From an uncultured delta proteobacterium (lineage in GTDB: Bacteria > Desulfobacterota > Binatia > UBA9968): a stretch of 64,000 nucleotides of DNA. The notes under the pieces were generated by a model. The model was not told the origin of the DNA. It did no database searches and saw only the letters and a program-made list of their open reading frames with translations. Shown here piece by piece: positions 1 through 10,852 of this stretch. The DNA lies in the NCBI GenBank assembly GCA_963728565.1, contig CAVSLC010000022.1, positions 32,495 through 96,494 of the forward strand. Reading direction: 5' to 3'. The translations under genes and the position numbers were made by a program. The first letter of the stretch is position 1, and every line of letters begins with the position of its first letter.

Positions 1-648
1 AATCCGGCGGCAGCCTGATACCACGTCGGGTTGAGCGCAACTCGACCCGAACGGCTCGTAATCATCATCGCGCGGCCCTCATTAGTGAGCGGCAGATACC
101 GAATCGCAAACTTGAGATAGTTCTTGAGCTCAGGCGCGACCGCCGTTTGAATCATGAAATGGGAGTTCGGCGAGCTGATGGAATACGCGAAGTGGACATC
201 GAGGTAACCCTGGTCGACGAAGATGCTCGTGCCGGATGTTATCGGCCGAGCAACGTGAGCGACGGCATCCGGGTAGCTCTCGAATGAGCGGTCCGATGGC
301 AACGTCAGGCGACCCAAGGCACGGGATATCACCAGCGGCCGGCCAGCTTCCCAGATCGTGATCTCGCGGCCGAGCTGCGTCAGCGCCTGCTGGATTGCGG
401 CGTCGGCAGCGGTGAGATCGATTTCGCGACCACTCACAGGGAACTTGACCGACTTGAGGATCTCGAGCGGCAGCCGTGAAGATTAGATGCGCCTCGTGCG
501 AGTCAATCTTGACGAACGCATTGATCAGGCTCTCCATCGTGAACTCGTGCGCGCTCGCCAGCCGCGAAATCCCAACCGGCCATAGCGCCGTAGCAACATA
601 AAGGCCCAGCGCAAGTGCGTTAAACAGAATCCCACGGCGAAATGTCAT
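1..648 (-). CDS. HupE/UreJ-family protein, N-terminal part (frameshift near 480; runs off the window)
   Basis: Signal peptide then AHEFTMESLINAFVK; the shifted frame continues LRLPLEILKSVKFP...LPSDRSFESY...DQGYLDV...LNPTWYQAAAG, resembling long HupE/UreJ_2 proteins. Confidence 0.6.
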
Positions 649-712
649 CACGATGTACCTCCAGGTGGAGGCCTGCCGCAAGCGCCTTCGCTTTCGGCAG
701 GCGATGCGACGA

Positions 713-1246
713 TTACTTCACCGGATCGTAGTGAGGCAACAGCTGGTCCGGATTGCCGGCTGGAGTGAAGACATGAAGGTCGTTTCCTTTGCCGCGCCGT
801 GGCACGAACTTTTGGATCCTGCGGCCGCCGACCGTCTCGGCGATGTACAGATTGCCTTTCGAATCCGCCGCGACGGTATGCAGAAATGTGAACTCTCCCG
901 CATTGTGACCGGGACGCCCGAAGCCGGCGAGGATTCCCTGACCGGGCGTCGCAAAGAGAGCGGTGCCTGCGAGAGCAGCCAAGCGGTTGAAGGTCCACAC
1001 GACCTCGTTGCCGCCATCGGCGTTAAACATCAACTCCTGCCTTCTGTCGGGAGAAAATTCGACATCCCAAGCCGACCCGGCTGTTCCTATACCAGGGGTG
1101 CCGGTTCCAGGGATCACGGGAATGATCTTTACCAGCTTACCTGACTTGTCGAACACCTGGATGCGATCCTGGCCACGGTCGCAGGTATATACGAGTCCGT
1201 CGTTGCCAAGAACGATGCAATGCGGATGGCCACCGCCGCCAACCCT
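713..1246 (-). pseudogene. NHL-repeat beta-propeller protein, C-terminal fragment
   Basis: HPHCIVLGNDGLVYTCDRGQDRIQVFDKSG and HTVAADSKGNLYIAETVGGRRIQKF NHL motifs; frame is closed upstream by a TGA and the N-terminal half is missing. Confidence 0.6.
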
Positions 1247-1355
1247 TCAGGCAAACCTGGGCCGATTTCGGAAATCGAAATAGCGGCATCTATACCCATG
1301 CCACCGAGCCTCAGCGAGAGGTTCATTGGATGGACCGAGGATGCATCCAGAATCA

Positions 1356-2561
1356 TCAAGCCCCCCACAGCTTCTTGCTCGCCAGCGCGGCGCCTTCGGA
1401 TAGCGCGCGCAGCTTCGCCCAGGCGATCTGGGGATGCACCCGGCCCCCGAGGCCGCAGTCGGTCCCGGCTATAACATTCTCGCGGCCAACGATGTCGGAG
1501 AAGGCGAGAATACGATCCGCCACCAACTCGGGATGCTCAACGACCGGGGTTGCGTGGCTCACCACGCCGGGAATGAGGATCTTCCCCGGCGGCAACTTGA
1601 TGTCGCGCCATAGTTTGTACTCGTGCTCGTGGCGCACGTTGCCGGCTTCGGTCAAGTACGCCTGTGCCTTGACCTTGAGCAGCACATCGGCGATGTCGCG
1701 TAAGGGGATGTCCGTCGTATGCGGGCCATGCCAGCTACCCCAGCAAATATGATAGCGAACTCGATCCTCGGGAATGCCTTCCAATGCACGGTTGAGGGCT
1801 TCCACGCGCAGCATCGCATAGCGCCTGTACTCATTGACGCTCGGCCGCGGGTCCAACATATCCCAGGCGCCGGGCAAACCGGGGTCGTCAAGTTGCAAGA
1901 TAAACCCGGCCTCTATGATCGCGCGATACTCTTCGCGCATAGCGGCGGCGATCGCTTCAATGAATGCTTCAGCTGTGGAGTAGTAGCTGTTCTGACCACG
2001 GCAGAACATCTCCAGGCTGCCGGGAGCGATCGACGCGACGAATGCCTCTTCGGCGCCTGCTTCGTCCAACGCCGCTCGTAAGTTCGTAAGATCCCGGCGC
2101 AGCGCTTCGTGTCCGGTATAGGCGATCGGCGCCGCGCACATCGGCCGGCTCGCAGCAGTGCTGGGCGCTCCCAGTCCGGTGTCGGCATAGAACTCGGCGA
2201 ACTCCCGTTGCTCCCAGCGCACCCCGACGATGCGCATCGGCGCTCCCGGAGCCGATGTATCCGGCGCAACCGCTTCGGGCGGCGTCGCTACGAACCCAGA
2301 GACGCGGTTAAAGATGTAATTGCCCCAGGCGCCGCGATCCGATGCCGCACGCATCGGCTTGCCGAACTCGCCATCGTTGGGAATATCGATGCCCGCGCTC
2401 TTCTGAGCGAGCACAACCTCCGCGACCGCGGATCGCAAGCGCGCCTGCAGCGCGTCTTCCGCCGTAGCGCTGGTTTGCCTCGACCACATTTCGCGCAGAT
2501 CGGCGGGTCGCGGTAGACTGCCAACGTGCGTGGTCAGAATTCGATCAGTGCTTCGTCGCAT
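1356..2561 (-). CDS. Cobalamin-independent methionine synthase II family protein (single-domain MetE-like)
   Basis: ILTTHVGSLPRP start, HICWG Zn ligands, GTDCGLG. Confidence 0.9.
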   Translation of the reverse strand: MRRSTDRILTTHVGSLPRPADLREMWSRQTSATAEDALQARLRSAVAEVVLAQKSAGIDIPNDGEFGKPMRAASDRGAWGNYIFNRVSGFVATPPEAVAPDTSAPGAPMRIVGVRWEQREFAEFYADTGLGAPSTAASRPMCAAPIAYTGHEALRRDLTNLRAALDEAGAEEAFVASIAPGSLEMFCRGQNSYYSTAEAFIEAIAAAMREEYRAIIEAGFILQLDDPGLPGAWDMLDPRPSVNEYRRYAMLRVEALNRALEGIPEDRVRYHICWGSWHGPHTTDIPLRDIADVLLKVKAQAYLTEAGNVRHEHEYKLWRDIKLPPGKILIPGVVSHATPVVEHPELVADRILAFSDIVGRENVIAGTDCGLGGRVHPQIAWAKLRALSEGAALASKKLWGA

Positions 2562-2716
2562 TTCTCGATACCTCCAAGCTGGATCGTAGCATTTAGGCTT
2601 TCGTCTTGAGTTATCGCTAAATACAACCTTACCGCAAGCACCGATTAATCTATCTCTGTCAATTCCGTTGCTTTGGGCGATGACACCGGACATAAAATCC
2701 CTGCGGTGGTAGGACA

Positions 2717-2880
2717 GTGTGGGTCGCCTTCATCGTCGCTTGTGCATTTCTTGCGGCCCATTATGTTCTCGGCAACAGCTGGGAGAGATTGATTGCCGAT
2801 TACAATGTGTTTCGCGGCTGCATCTGGATGTTGGTGCTTTTGATGAACTTATTTACAACGATCTGGGCGTTTTCGCAGAA
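2717..2880 (+). pseudogene. Fragment of a small membrane protein
   Basis: HYVLGNSWERLIADYNVFRGCIWMLVLL resembles the C-terminal half of a conserved hypothetical membrane protein; no N-terminus. Confidence 0.35.
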
Positions 2881-3004
2881 GCAGAAGAAGAGGAGAGCCG
2901 GAATCGAGAATTCGACCGTATGCGCCGACCGAATGCGGAGTGCGGTACGGCGGCGACCGCACTCCGAGTCAACTGATGTGCAACGTTCCCGTCGCTATAG
3001 CCGA

Positions 3005-4087
3005 TTATTGGATCGCAGTTGGAACGGGAATGTTGTAGAGCCGCGCGACGTTTTCGCGCACCAGTTTGGCGCGCACTTCGGAGGGGAGATCGCCTAAATC
3101 CCTGGCTACGACCTTGCGTGAATGGGGCCAGGTAGTGTTGCCGTGCGGAAAATCATTGGACCACATGCAGTTGTCTTGACCCCACCACGAGAGAATATGA
3201 CCGCCGACGGCGTCATTGAAGAAAGTCGTGTAGATTTGGTTGTGGAAGTATTCGCTGGGAAGTTTTTTGATGAGCAACCCCTCTCGCTTGGTGCCAAAGC
3301 GTTTGAAGTAGTAGTCCCATTGCTCCAGGACAAACGGAATCCAGCCCAGCTCGTTTTCGACGAGCACGACCTTCAGCTTCGGGAACCGTTCGAGCACACC
3401 GGAATAGATCAGGTCATAGAGGCTATCGACCGACTGGGCCAGTTTCGAGTTGACGCTATTGTGCTCGGCGGTCATTCCGGTTGCGGTATCGCCGAGGCCG
3501 AAGGAACGGCTGCGACTGTAACCGTGCCCACTGAGGATATGCAGGTTGACCGGCATCTCGAGATCCTGAGAGGCGGCCCAGAACTTGTCGTAATGCGATG
3601 ACGAGAACGGCAGCTCTGGCGGCGGCACCTGCCAGATTACGGAGCCGCGCATGCCGGCTTTGCGGCAGCGCTCCAGTTCCTTAACGGCGCCGTCGGTGTC
3701 GTACATCGACAGCATGGCGATCCCGATCATTCGCTCGGGCGCCGCACTGCAGTAATCGATCAGCCAGTCGTTATAGACTCGGCAGCAGGCCGCCTCCAAC
3801 TCGTGATCGTCGAGGCTCAAGCATTTCAAGCCATGGGTCGGATAGAGCACTTCGGCGCTGACACCGTCGGCGGCCATCTCGGAGACGCGCTTATTACCGT
3901 CCTGGGCCCCGCCGGGGACGTCGTTGGGCCTTTGCCCTCCCCAATCAGGAGCCCGATCCTGAAGGGCTTTTGGCAGGTGTTTCTGCCAAAGCCCGGCGGG
4001 CTCGATGACGTGGGAATCCGATGAAATCAATAATTCATTGATAGCGGCGTTAGTCTCTTTTCCGTAGGTTCGTTCAATAATAGCCAT
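3005..4087 (-). CDS. Amidohydrolase 2 family protein
   Basis: ISSDSHV, AEVLYPT, VYNDWL, ERFPKLKVVLVE, MWSNDFPH; AAGGAG RBS. Confidence 0.9.
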   Translation of the reverse strand: MAIIERTYGKETNAAINELLISSDSHVIEPAGLWQKHLPKALQDRAPDWGGQRPNDVPGGAQDGNKRVSEMAADGVSAEVLYPTHGLKCLSLDDHELEAACCRVYNDWLIDYCSAAPERMIGIAMLSMYDTDGAVKELERCRKAGMRGSVIWQVPPPELPFSSSHYDKFWAASQDLEMPVNLHILSGHGYSRSRSFGLGDTATGMTAEHNSVNSKLAQSVDSLYDLIYSGVLERFPKLKVVLVENELGWIPFVLEQWDYYFKRFGTKREGLLIKKLPSEYFHNQIYTTFFNDAVGGHILSWWGQDNCMWSNDFPHGNTTWPHSRKVVARDLGDLPSEVRAKLVRENVARLYNIPVPTAIQ

Positions 4088-4420
4088 GTTCTTTGGCTCC
4101 TTTTGTATTTTAGGTTGCGACCTAGCTCTCGTTGGATTCTTCAGGTTCGCTGAACGGCATCACTATGGACATAGCCCAATCGAGGGTCATGGCGCAAGCG
4201 AAGGGCAATGAACCGCGTGAGATCGGAGGGAGCTCTGGCGTCGCGTATTTAACACTCCAATTTCATGACGCAATCATGAAACTATCGCTGGTGCTCGGGG
4301 AGAAAGCTCTTTCAGGATCGAAGACTTGCCAGAGACATTCACTAGTTCGAATCATCGAGCTCTTGCTGTTTTACGAAACGAAGTACAATCGCAAAGTGTC
4401 CAATACCGCCTGTTGGCTGA

Positions 4421-5179
4421 TCACCCGGCCCGCATCTTGAGCAGAGTCGGAATATCCATCGTTTCCTCATACAGCCGCAATTTTTTTTCCTTGCGCTGCG
4501 CGGCGAGCATGGCCATGCGGTCGGCGAGTTCATTGCCTTCGGTGCCTACATGCCCGGCGACATGAGTGAGCGTGAGCTTGTCTTTTATCCGGCGGTAGAT
4601 TGCATAACAGTCCTGGATGATTTTCAGGTTCTTGATCTCACCGCCAGGTTTCTTCCAGCCCCTCTTTTCCCAACCGGAGGCCCAGAGGCGAATACAGTTG
4701 ATGGAGTACGCTGAGTCGCTGCACACCTCGACGCTGTTGCCGGCCTCGAGCTCTGCTTCGGCCATACGCAATGCATGATAGAGCGCGTTTAGTTCCGCGG
4801 TGTTGTTGGTTCCTATGGGGTTATACAGGCCGTACCACAATTCGGCGAGTTTGCCCGCTCGGTACACTACGATACCGGAGCCGGCGTTGCCTGGATTGGG
4901 ATCACAGGCACCGTCACAATAAATGGTGACATCGAACCGATGAGCGATGTGCTCGGCACGTCGTTCGCTCGCCGATGCATTCGATATTTGCTTGCTAGAT
5001 GGCTTGGACGGAGTGATTGCGGAGCCGCCACTGCGGAACGCTTGCTCCGCTTCCGCCCGGGTTGCGAAAGATTTGTAGCGCGCGCCGGCATACCCCATCA
5101 CCGCGCGCCGGGTCGTCGCCCAATCGGTGAATACACCCGTCTGCCGTCCTGACCACACTACGTAATACTTTTCCGCCAT
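4421..5179 (-). CDS. rnhA: Ribonuclease HI with N-terminal hybrid-binding (caulimovirus viroplasmin-like) domain
   Basis: KYYVVWSGRQTGVFTDW...YKSF hybrid-binding domain; YCDGAC, TNNTAEL, SDSAY, HVAGHVGTEGNELADR. Confidence 0.9.
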   Translation of the reverse strand: MAEKYYVVWSGRQTGVFTDWATTRRAVMGYAGARYKSFATRAEAEQAFRSGGSAITPSKPSSKQISNASASERRAEHIAHRFDVTIYCDGACDPNPGNAGSGIVVYRAGKLAELWYGLYNPIGTNNTAELNALYHALRMAEAELEAGNSVEVCSDSAYSINCIRLWASGWEKRGWKKPGGEIKNLKIIQDCYAIYRRIKDKLTLTHVAGHVGTEGNELADRMAMLAAQRKEKKLRLYEETMDIPTLLKMRAG

Positions 5180-5294
5180 GCTGAGTCGATTTGGCTCCTG
5201 CGTCAAAAAATCTTCTTACCTGTCTGATGTGAAGAAACTGTTATCATAGATCCAGAGCGCGGCAGAGCTGAAAGCAGTCGGAGTCGGAAATTCC

Positions 5295-5405
5295 TCCCGC
5301 CAAGGCGCAAAGTCGCTAAGTTTATTAGGAAAGATGAAAACTTTACGAATGATTCGCACTCTCAATCTCCGAACTTCTCGAGCCTTTGCTCTTTGCCCGA
5401 GAGAC
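5295..5405. repeat. Degenerate intergenic inverted repeat (REP/MITE-like)
   Basis: ccgccaaggcgcaaagtcgctaagtt is imperfectly complementary to aacttctcgagcctttgctctttgcccgaga. Confidence 0.35.
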
Positions 5406-5505
5406 TCCGAGATTTCGTTGAGGTTTTCTCGAAAGTTTGTGCTGCGCGCCTTCAGCGCCCGTGCGGCGCAATCTCCGGTTCCCTGATTCTAACTGGCGAA
5501 ATCGG

Positions 5506-5538
5506 TGAAAACTTTGCGTCCCCCGGACGCGTTACTCA
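5506..5538 (-). promoter_or_regulatory. Putative bacterial SECIS element
   Basis: UGAG(U)AAC-GCGUCC-GGG-GGACGC-(AAA)-GUUUUCA hairpin; G-only apical loop 20 nt after the in-frame UGA at 5547-5545. Confidence 0.6.
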
Positions 5539-7032
5539 GGTGCCTCAGAACGTTCGGTAATGACTTTGCCCTTCCGGTGGAGGTTCGGCATAGGCGGCAA
5601 ACTCCGGCTGATCGTCGAAAGGCCGCGCTAGGATCTTCAGCAGCGTTTCGAACGGCGCGTAATCGCCTTCCTCCACCGCAGCACTCAAGGCTTCCTCAAC
5701 TCGATGATTGCGGGGAATGAACGCGGGATTGGCGCGCCGCATCGCCGGCGCACGGTCGGACTCTGCCACTGCTTCGCGCGAGAGCCGCGCCCGCCAATGT
5801 CCACTCCATCGGTCGTAGGCCGACGGATCGGCAAAGAGGCTTCGGATTCGTTCATGTTCACCTAGAGCCGCATCGGCGAGGTAACGAAAAGCCAACGTGT
5901 AATCAACGCCGTTGCCCTCCATCGCCGCGAGAAACTCAGTCGCAAGGTTAAGATCGGCCTCTTCCTCAGTGAATAGTCCGAGCTTGGCGCGCATGCCTTT
6001 TACCCAGTAGCTTTCGTAACGTCCTGAAAAGGCGTTAACCACCTCCGTGGCGCGCGCGATGGCGCGGTTTGCATCCTCATCGATCAGGGGCAGAAGCGTT
6101 TCGGCCAGCCGCGCCAGGTTCCACTGCGCGATCCTTGGCTGATTGGCGTATGCGTAGCGGCCCTGAGTGTCGATGGAGCTGAAGACCGTGGCTGGATCGT
6201 AATGATCCATAAAAGCGCAGGGGCCATAGTCGATCGTCTCACCGGATATCGTCATATTGTCGGTGTTCATCACACCATGGATGAAGCCCACGTGCATCCA
6301 GCCGGCAACGAGCGCCGCTTGTTTGTCGCACACCCGCTCGAGCAAGCCCAGGTAGGGGTTGGCCTGGCCCTTCAGCTCCGGATAATGGCGATCGATCACA
6401 TAATCCGCCAGTTGCCGCACCTTGGCCTGCTCACCGCGGACGGCGAAAAATTGGAAGGTGCCGACACGGACGTGGCTGGCAGCAACGCGCGTCAAGACTG
6501 CGCCGGGCAGGGCTCGCTCGCGATAAACAGGCTCGCCTGTGACCACTGCAGCAAGTGCTCGCGTCGTCGGGATGCCAAGCGCATGCATGGCTTCGCCGAT
6601 CAGATATTCGCGCAATACGGGTCCGAGTGCTGCCCGACCGTCGCCTGCTCGCGAAAACGGAGTGGGACCTGAGCCTTTGAGCTGAATGTCACGGCGCCGC
6701 CCATAACGATCGACCACCTCGCCTATCAGCAGCGCTCGCCCATCGCCGAGTTGAGGCACAAACCCGCCGAACTGATGCCCGGCATAGGCTTGCGCCAAGG
6801 GCACGGCTCCCTCGGGTGTTTCGTTGCCAGCAAAGATCCTGGCGCCCGCGTCCGAATCGAGAGCATCGGCATCCAGTCCCAATTCTTCAGCCAGCTGATG
6901 GTTTAACTTTATGATCCGAGGCCGCGCCACTTGCGCCGCTTTCCATGGGACATAAAAACCCTCGAGTTCGCGGGCATAGGTGTTGTCGAAGGCGAATAGT
7001 TCGGCGCCGGAATCGTTAGTAATCTGGTTCAT
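5536..7032 (-). CDS. selO: Protein adenylyltransferase SelO/YdiU, probably with C-terminal selenocysteine (YRTF-U-GT)
   Basis: [48 protein letters not shown]; 3' end reads TAC CGA ACG TTC TGA GGC ACC TGA. Confidence 0.92.
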
Positions 7033-7234
7033 TGTCGGACTTCCTTGTTGCGGACGTTTAGCGGTCGTATCTATTATTGTTCTCGATATCGGTAGTAATA
7101 TCCAGACCCGTCAGAAACGGGTGCTTCGTGCAAGAAGTTTCTCGTCGGGCCTCTAGTGTACTTAGGAGAAGCTGTCCAGTCACGAGCGGTTAGAGGCAGC
7201 TTTTCACCGTGAATATCGGACCAGGAGGATCATT

Positions 7235-8128
7235 ATGCGAGCCGCTTTAATCGTCATTCTTATCCTGGCTTCGATTGCGTTTGGATCTCAAGCCGCACAA
7301 TCCCAAACCGGGCTCCGCTTCCCCAACTCAGCACGTGACGCCTGAAGTGGCTCGGTACTGCCGGTTGGGAAATTCAGATTGCTCAGACCAAAATCCTGAT
7401 CGATCCCTTCCTCACGCGCCAGCAGGCGGTCGCCTCGGAAGAATGGACGACCGACGAAGAAGCGGTCCTTAAAGTTATCAGCCGGCGCCGACTACATCTT
7501 CGCCGGCCACAGTCACGCTGATCATATCGGTGACATCCCATTCATCGCCAAGCGCTTCGGGGCCAAGATCCTCGGCTCCAGAACCACCGTGAATCTCTCG
7601 TTGAGCGCCGGTGTCGATAAAGCCCAATTGACGACCATTAGCGGCGGCGAGAAATTGGATTTCAAAGACTTCTCGGTGCAAGTGATTAAAAGCCAGCACG
7701 GCATACTCACCCGCGATGGTCAAAAACGGCAACCCAGGTCCGCGGAAATCACCCGCCCGCTGTCGGGTCCGATTCTCGGAAAACATTTCGTCGAGGGTGG
7801 AAGTTATCTTTACTACTTCACCTTCGGTAAACTCAGCCTGCTGCACCAAAGCACCGGCAACTTCATCGAAGAGAATCTCCAAGGCTTAGAGCCCGACATC
7901 GCCATTCTCGCCGAGAACAGCAACTATGATTGGACCGAGGCTCTCAAGATTCTCCGTCCGAAAACGGTCGTCGTCCATCACTACGACGACTGGCGGGTTC
8001 CATTGTCGAGCGGCATGACCGCAGCTGTTAGAAGAAGAGCGCAACGCTTGGAGAAGGACGTCAAGTCCGTGGATCGCAACATCAAGGTGATCATCCCGGA
8101 GTTTCTGCAGACGATCACGTTGGAATAA
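7235..8128 (+). CDS. Secreted MBL-fold metallo-hydrolase (frameshifts near 7340 and 7490)
   Basis: Signal peptide; LKWLGTAGWEI, ILIDPFL, GHSHADH, HHYDD; AGGAGG RBS. Confidence 0.8.
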
Positions 8129-8140
8129 TACCGCGCGCTG

Positions 8141-8956
8141 CTAGATGATCGTTTTGCGCGGCATGGACGCTCCGGGGAACAGCCCGTGCTTGGCAAGAAA
8201 CTCAATCATAAAGCGATCGAACAGCCAAGGTTGCTCTATCTGGCAAGCGTGGCCGGCGCCCGGCAATGTTCTCAACTCACAGTTCGGTATGCGCGCTTGA
8301 AGTGCGAAAGCGCGTTGATGGCTGTTGTCTTCGCTGCCGGTCAGAATGATCGTCGGGCAGGCGATACGCTCATGATGCTCCTCGGGGTAGGGCTGCGCCA
8401 GTGCTTGGAATTGGTGGATGATCGTCTGCACGTCGGCGTGTTGATTGCGTTCGGTGAAAAGGTTCGCAAAGAAATGCGCCAGCGGAGTAGTGCGAAAGGC
8501 CGCGCTTAGATCTTCGAACGTGTAGGCCCAGCGATAATCAATCCCATTGGCCGTGTAGTTGGCGATCCTTCCCTTGGTGAATTCCTTGCTCGGATTGTAA
8601 CCGGTGCCCGACAACACGAGTGCCGCCGTTTTGTCGGGACGAAGATGGTACATGTGGGGCGCGAGCGACGAGCCGACCGAGCAGCCGACCAGAACCGCTT
8701 TTTCACCGGGTAGCGCATCGTCGACGGCTTCCCAACAGGCCTCGGCCATGTCGTTCATCGTCAGGCCGGGCTGGGCTTTAGGCGAGCGCCCATAGCCCGG
8801 GATGTCGATGGCAATACACCGGTACCATGTCGAGAGATGCGCCATTTGGAAAATCCAGCAAGATTGGTCCATTGGATTGGGATGAATAAAAGCAATCACC
8901 GGCCCCGAGCGTCCCATCCGCTCGTAATAAAGAGGTCCATCAATGTGTTGCGCCAT
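8141..8956 (-). CDS. Alpha/beta-fold hydrolase
   Basis: DIPGYGRS, GCSVG nucleophile elbow, GSED, AGHAC. Confidence 0.88.
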   Translation of the reverse strand: MAQHIDGPLYYERMGRSGPVIAFIHPNPMDQSCWIFQMAHLSTWYRCIAIDIPGYGRSPKAQPGLTMNDMAEACWEAVDDALPGEKAVLVGCSVGSSLAPHMYHLRPDKTAALVLSGTGYNPSKEFTKGRIANYTANGIDYRWAYTFEDLSAAFRTTPLAHFFANLFTERNQHADVQTIIHQFQALAQPYPEEHHERIACPTIILTGSEDNSHQRAFALQARIPNCELRTLPGAGHACQIEQPWLFDRFMIEFLAKHGLFPGASMPRKTII

Positions 8957-9117
8957 GTTACTCCTCCGGGATTAACTGCGGTATTTGTGATCCTTGGGCA
9001 TCAGTTGGGGGACTCGCACCGTCCTCGCTGTTCCGGCTCGAGAGACTCTTCCGCTCCGCTTGACCCAATCATCCGAGAGCAGTGCCAAACCTCACGGCGG
9101 TTGCGAGACCTGCCTTC

Positions 9118-9885
9118 CTATCGGACCTTTTTCGGCCGATAAAACTCAATTGCGTTCTTGTAAAAAACATCTGCCGCCTTTTGTTCGCCTAATGTCTCCA
9201 GAACCAGAGTGTAGTCTTCATCCTGATACGGTCTGGGCGCGCGGGTGGACGGTAGGTCGGTGCCGAACATGAGGACCCGTGGATTGGCCGCATAAAGATC
9301 GCTGAGCGCGGAACGCACGTCGAAGTCTACCCGTCCGAAACCGGTGGCCTTTACCCGCACACCTTTTTCAGCAAGCTTTAGCAGCGTCGGAAAACCTGCT
9401 TTCGATAGACCGAGATGGTCGATGCTGACTGCCGGCAACGAAACCAGAGTCTCAAAAAGATCGGCAAGCTCGGTGGAATCGACATACAACTCGGTGTGCC
9501 AGCCGACCAGCTCATGAACGCGCCGCGCCATGGTTTCCAGATGATGAATTTCTTCCGAACCGCCGCGCTTGACATTGAAACGAACGGCGCGAACACCCGC
9601 GCCATCGAGTTCCTGTAATTCCTGATCGGACACGGTCTGCGGCACTTGGGTGACTCCGACAAAAGATGGGCCGAGCACTTTTAAAGCATGGAATAGATAG
9701 CTCTGATCGAAGGCCTGGAACGAGCCCGAGACGATCGCGCCGCCGCAAAGATCGACCGCTTTCGAACGCTCTAGATAATCCTCGCTGGTAAACGCGTCGG
9801 GCATGAATCCTTGATTGGGCACGACGGGAAAGTTTTTATCGATGATATGGAAATGGCAATCAAAATATTTTGCTTTGGAGTTCAA
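9118..9885 (-). CDS. Amidohydrolase family protein (2-pyrone-4,6-dicarboxylate lactonase-like)
   Basis: FDCHFH, GVRAVRFN, IDHLG, MFGTDLPS. Confidence 0.82.
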   Translation of the reverse strand: MNSKAKYFDCHFHIIDKNFPVVPNQGFMPDAFTSEDYLERSKAVDLCGGAIVSGSFQAFDQSYLFHALKVLGPSFVGVTQVPQTVSDQELQELDGAGVRAVRFNVKRGGSEEIHHLETMARRVHELVGWHTELYVDSTELADLFETLVSLPAVSIDHLGLSKAGFPTLLKLAEKGVRVKATGFGRVDFDVRSALSDLYAANPRVLMFGTDLPSTRAPRPYQDEDYTLVLETLGEQKAADVFYKNAIEFYRPKKVR

Positions 9886-10131
9886 TGATTATCTCCTCTC
9901 AATTGCTGCCAACGTTTCCCGATAAGGGAACGCTGACAGCAGATCACGCCGGGATAATTTCCCTACCGCCATCGGTATATTCGATCAGCGTGATAGTGGC
10001 AAGTTTGGAGCGGGCATAACTACCAGCAAAATCATTACGCTCTACATTATTAAGGCCAATTTTTGGGACGAGGAGAGATTTCAGATTGAGGGGCGCTGCT
10101 AGGTCTTTCCGTCTACGCGTCCCGAACCCGT

Positions 10132-10779
10132 CTAGCGAAACAATGATTTCGCGACGCCGCTCACAAGGGTTAGGTAGAATCCTAACAGCAGCAGTGTGAT
10201 CAGGAAGTTTTGTTTCCAACGATTGCTCAGAGCGATTCCAAATGGGATTCCGGTGATGAAACCGATGATATGCGCGACGTAAGCGACTTGCGGGTCGTAT
10301 CCGGGGATCCGACTCTTTTGATAGACCAGGACGACGTTGTAGATGAAGTAGATAATCGCGATCAGTCCCTGCGGCGCGAGAAAGAGCCAGGAGAATTTCA
10401 GCGGTCTTATGAGCATGACGCTCCCAGCCAACGCGAAAATTGCGGCCGAGGCGCCCAGCATTCCGGTGCCCCGCGGCAAAAAGGCCGGGCCAAGGATAAA
10501 GCTCAGAAAGCCGCCGGTGAAAAAAATGGCCAGGAGTTTGCTGTGGCCCGACCGTCTTTTCCAAGGTTCTTCCGAAGACAAATAGGAAATAGCATGTTGC
10601 CGAGAAGATGAAGGACGTTGGCGTGGACAAACAGGGCCACGACCAGTAGTCCAGAATCTGCCCTCTTCGAAGTTGCGCAGACTGAAGATAAGATTTTGTT
10701 CGGCAAACGCCGGCTCCTGCTGCCATGCCCAAATGCTGGCTGCGATGCAGGCGATTATCAACAGTGAGTTGGTCTTCAA
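10132..10779 (-). CDS. Rhomboid intramembrane serine protease (several frameshifts)
   Basis: FVHANVLHLLGNM, LGASAA catalytic Ser and AYVAHIIG His, spread over three frames. Confidence 0.8.
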   Translation of the reverse strand: MKTNSLLIIACIAASIWAWQQEPAFAEQNLIFSLRNFEEGRFWTTGRGPVCPRQRPSSSRQHAISYLSSEEPWKRRSGHSKLLAIFFTGGFLSFILGPAFLPRGTGMLGASAAIFALAGSVMLIRPLKFSWLFLAPQGLIAIIYFIYNVVLVYQKSRIPGYDPQVAYVAHIIGFITGIPFGIALSNRWKQNFLITLLLLGFYLTLVSGVAKSLFR

Positions 10780-10852
10780 TGATCGACAGAGAGCCGGAAA
10801 GTAGAGGTTCGCAAAGTCGCTTAGGGGAGGGTGAGGTCCATGATGGCGATCG

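Noticed and set aside
1247-1249. TGA upstream of the NHL fragment as selenocysteine
   Set aside because: It is not at a Cys-equivalent position, upstream sequence loses NHL similarity, and no SECIS-like hairpin is evident.
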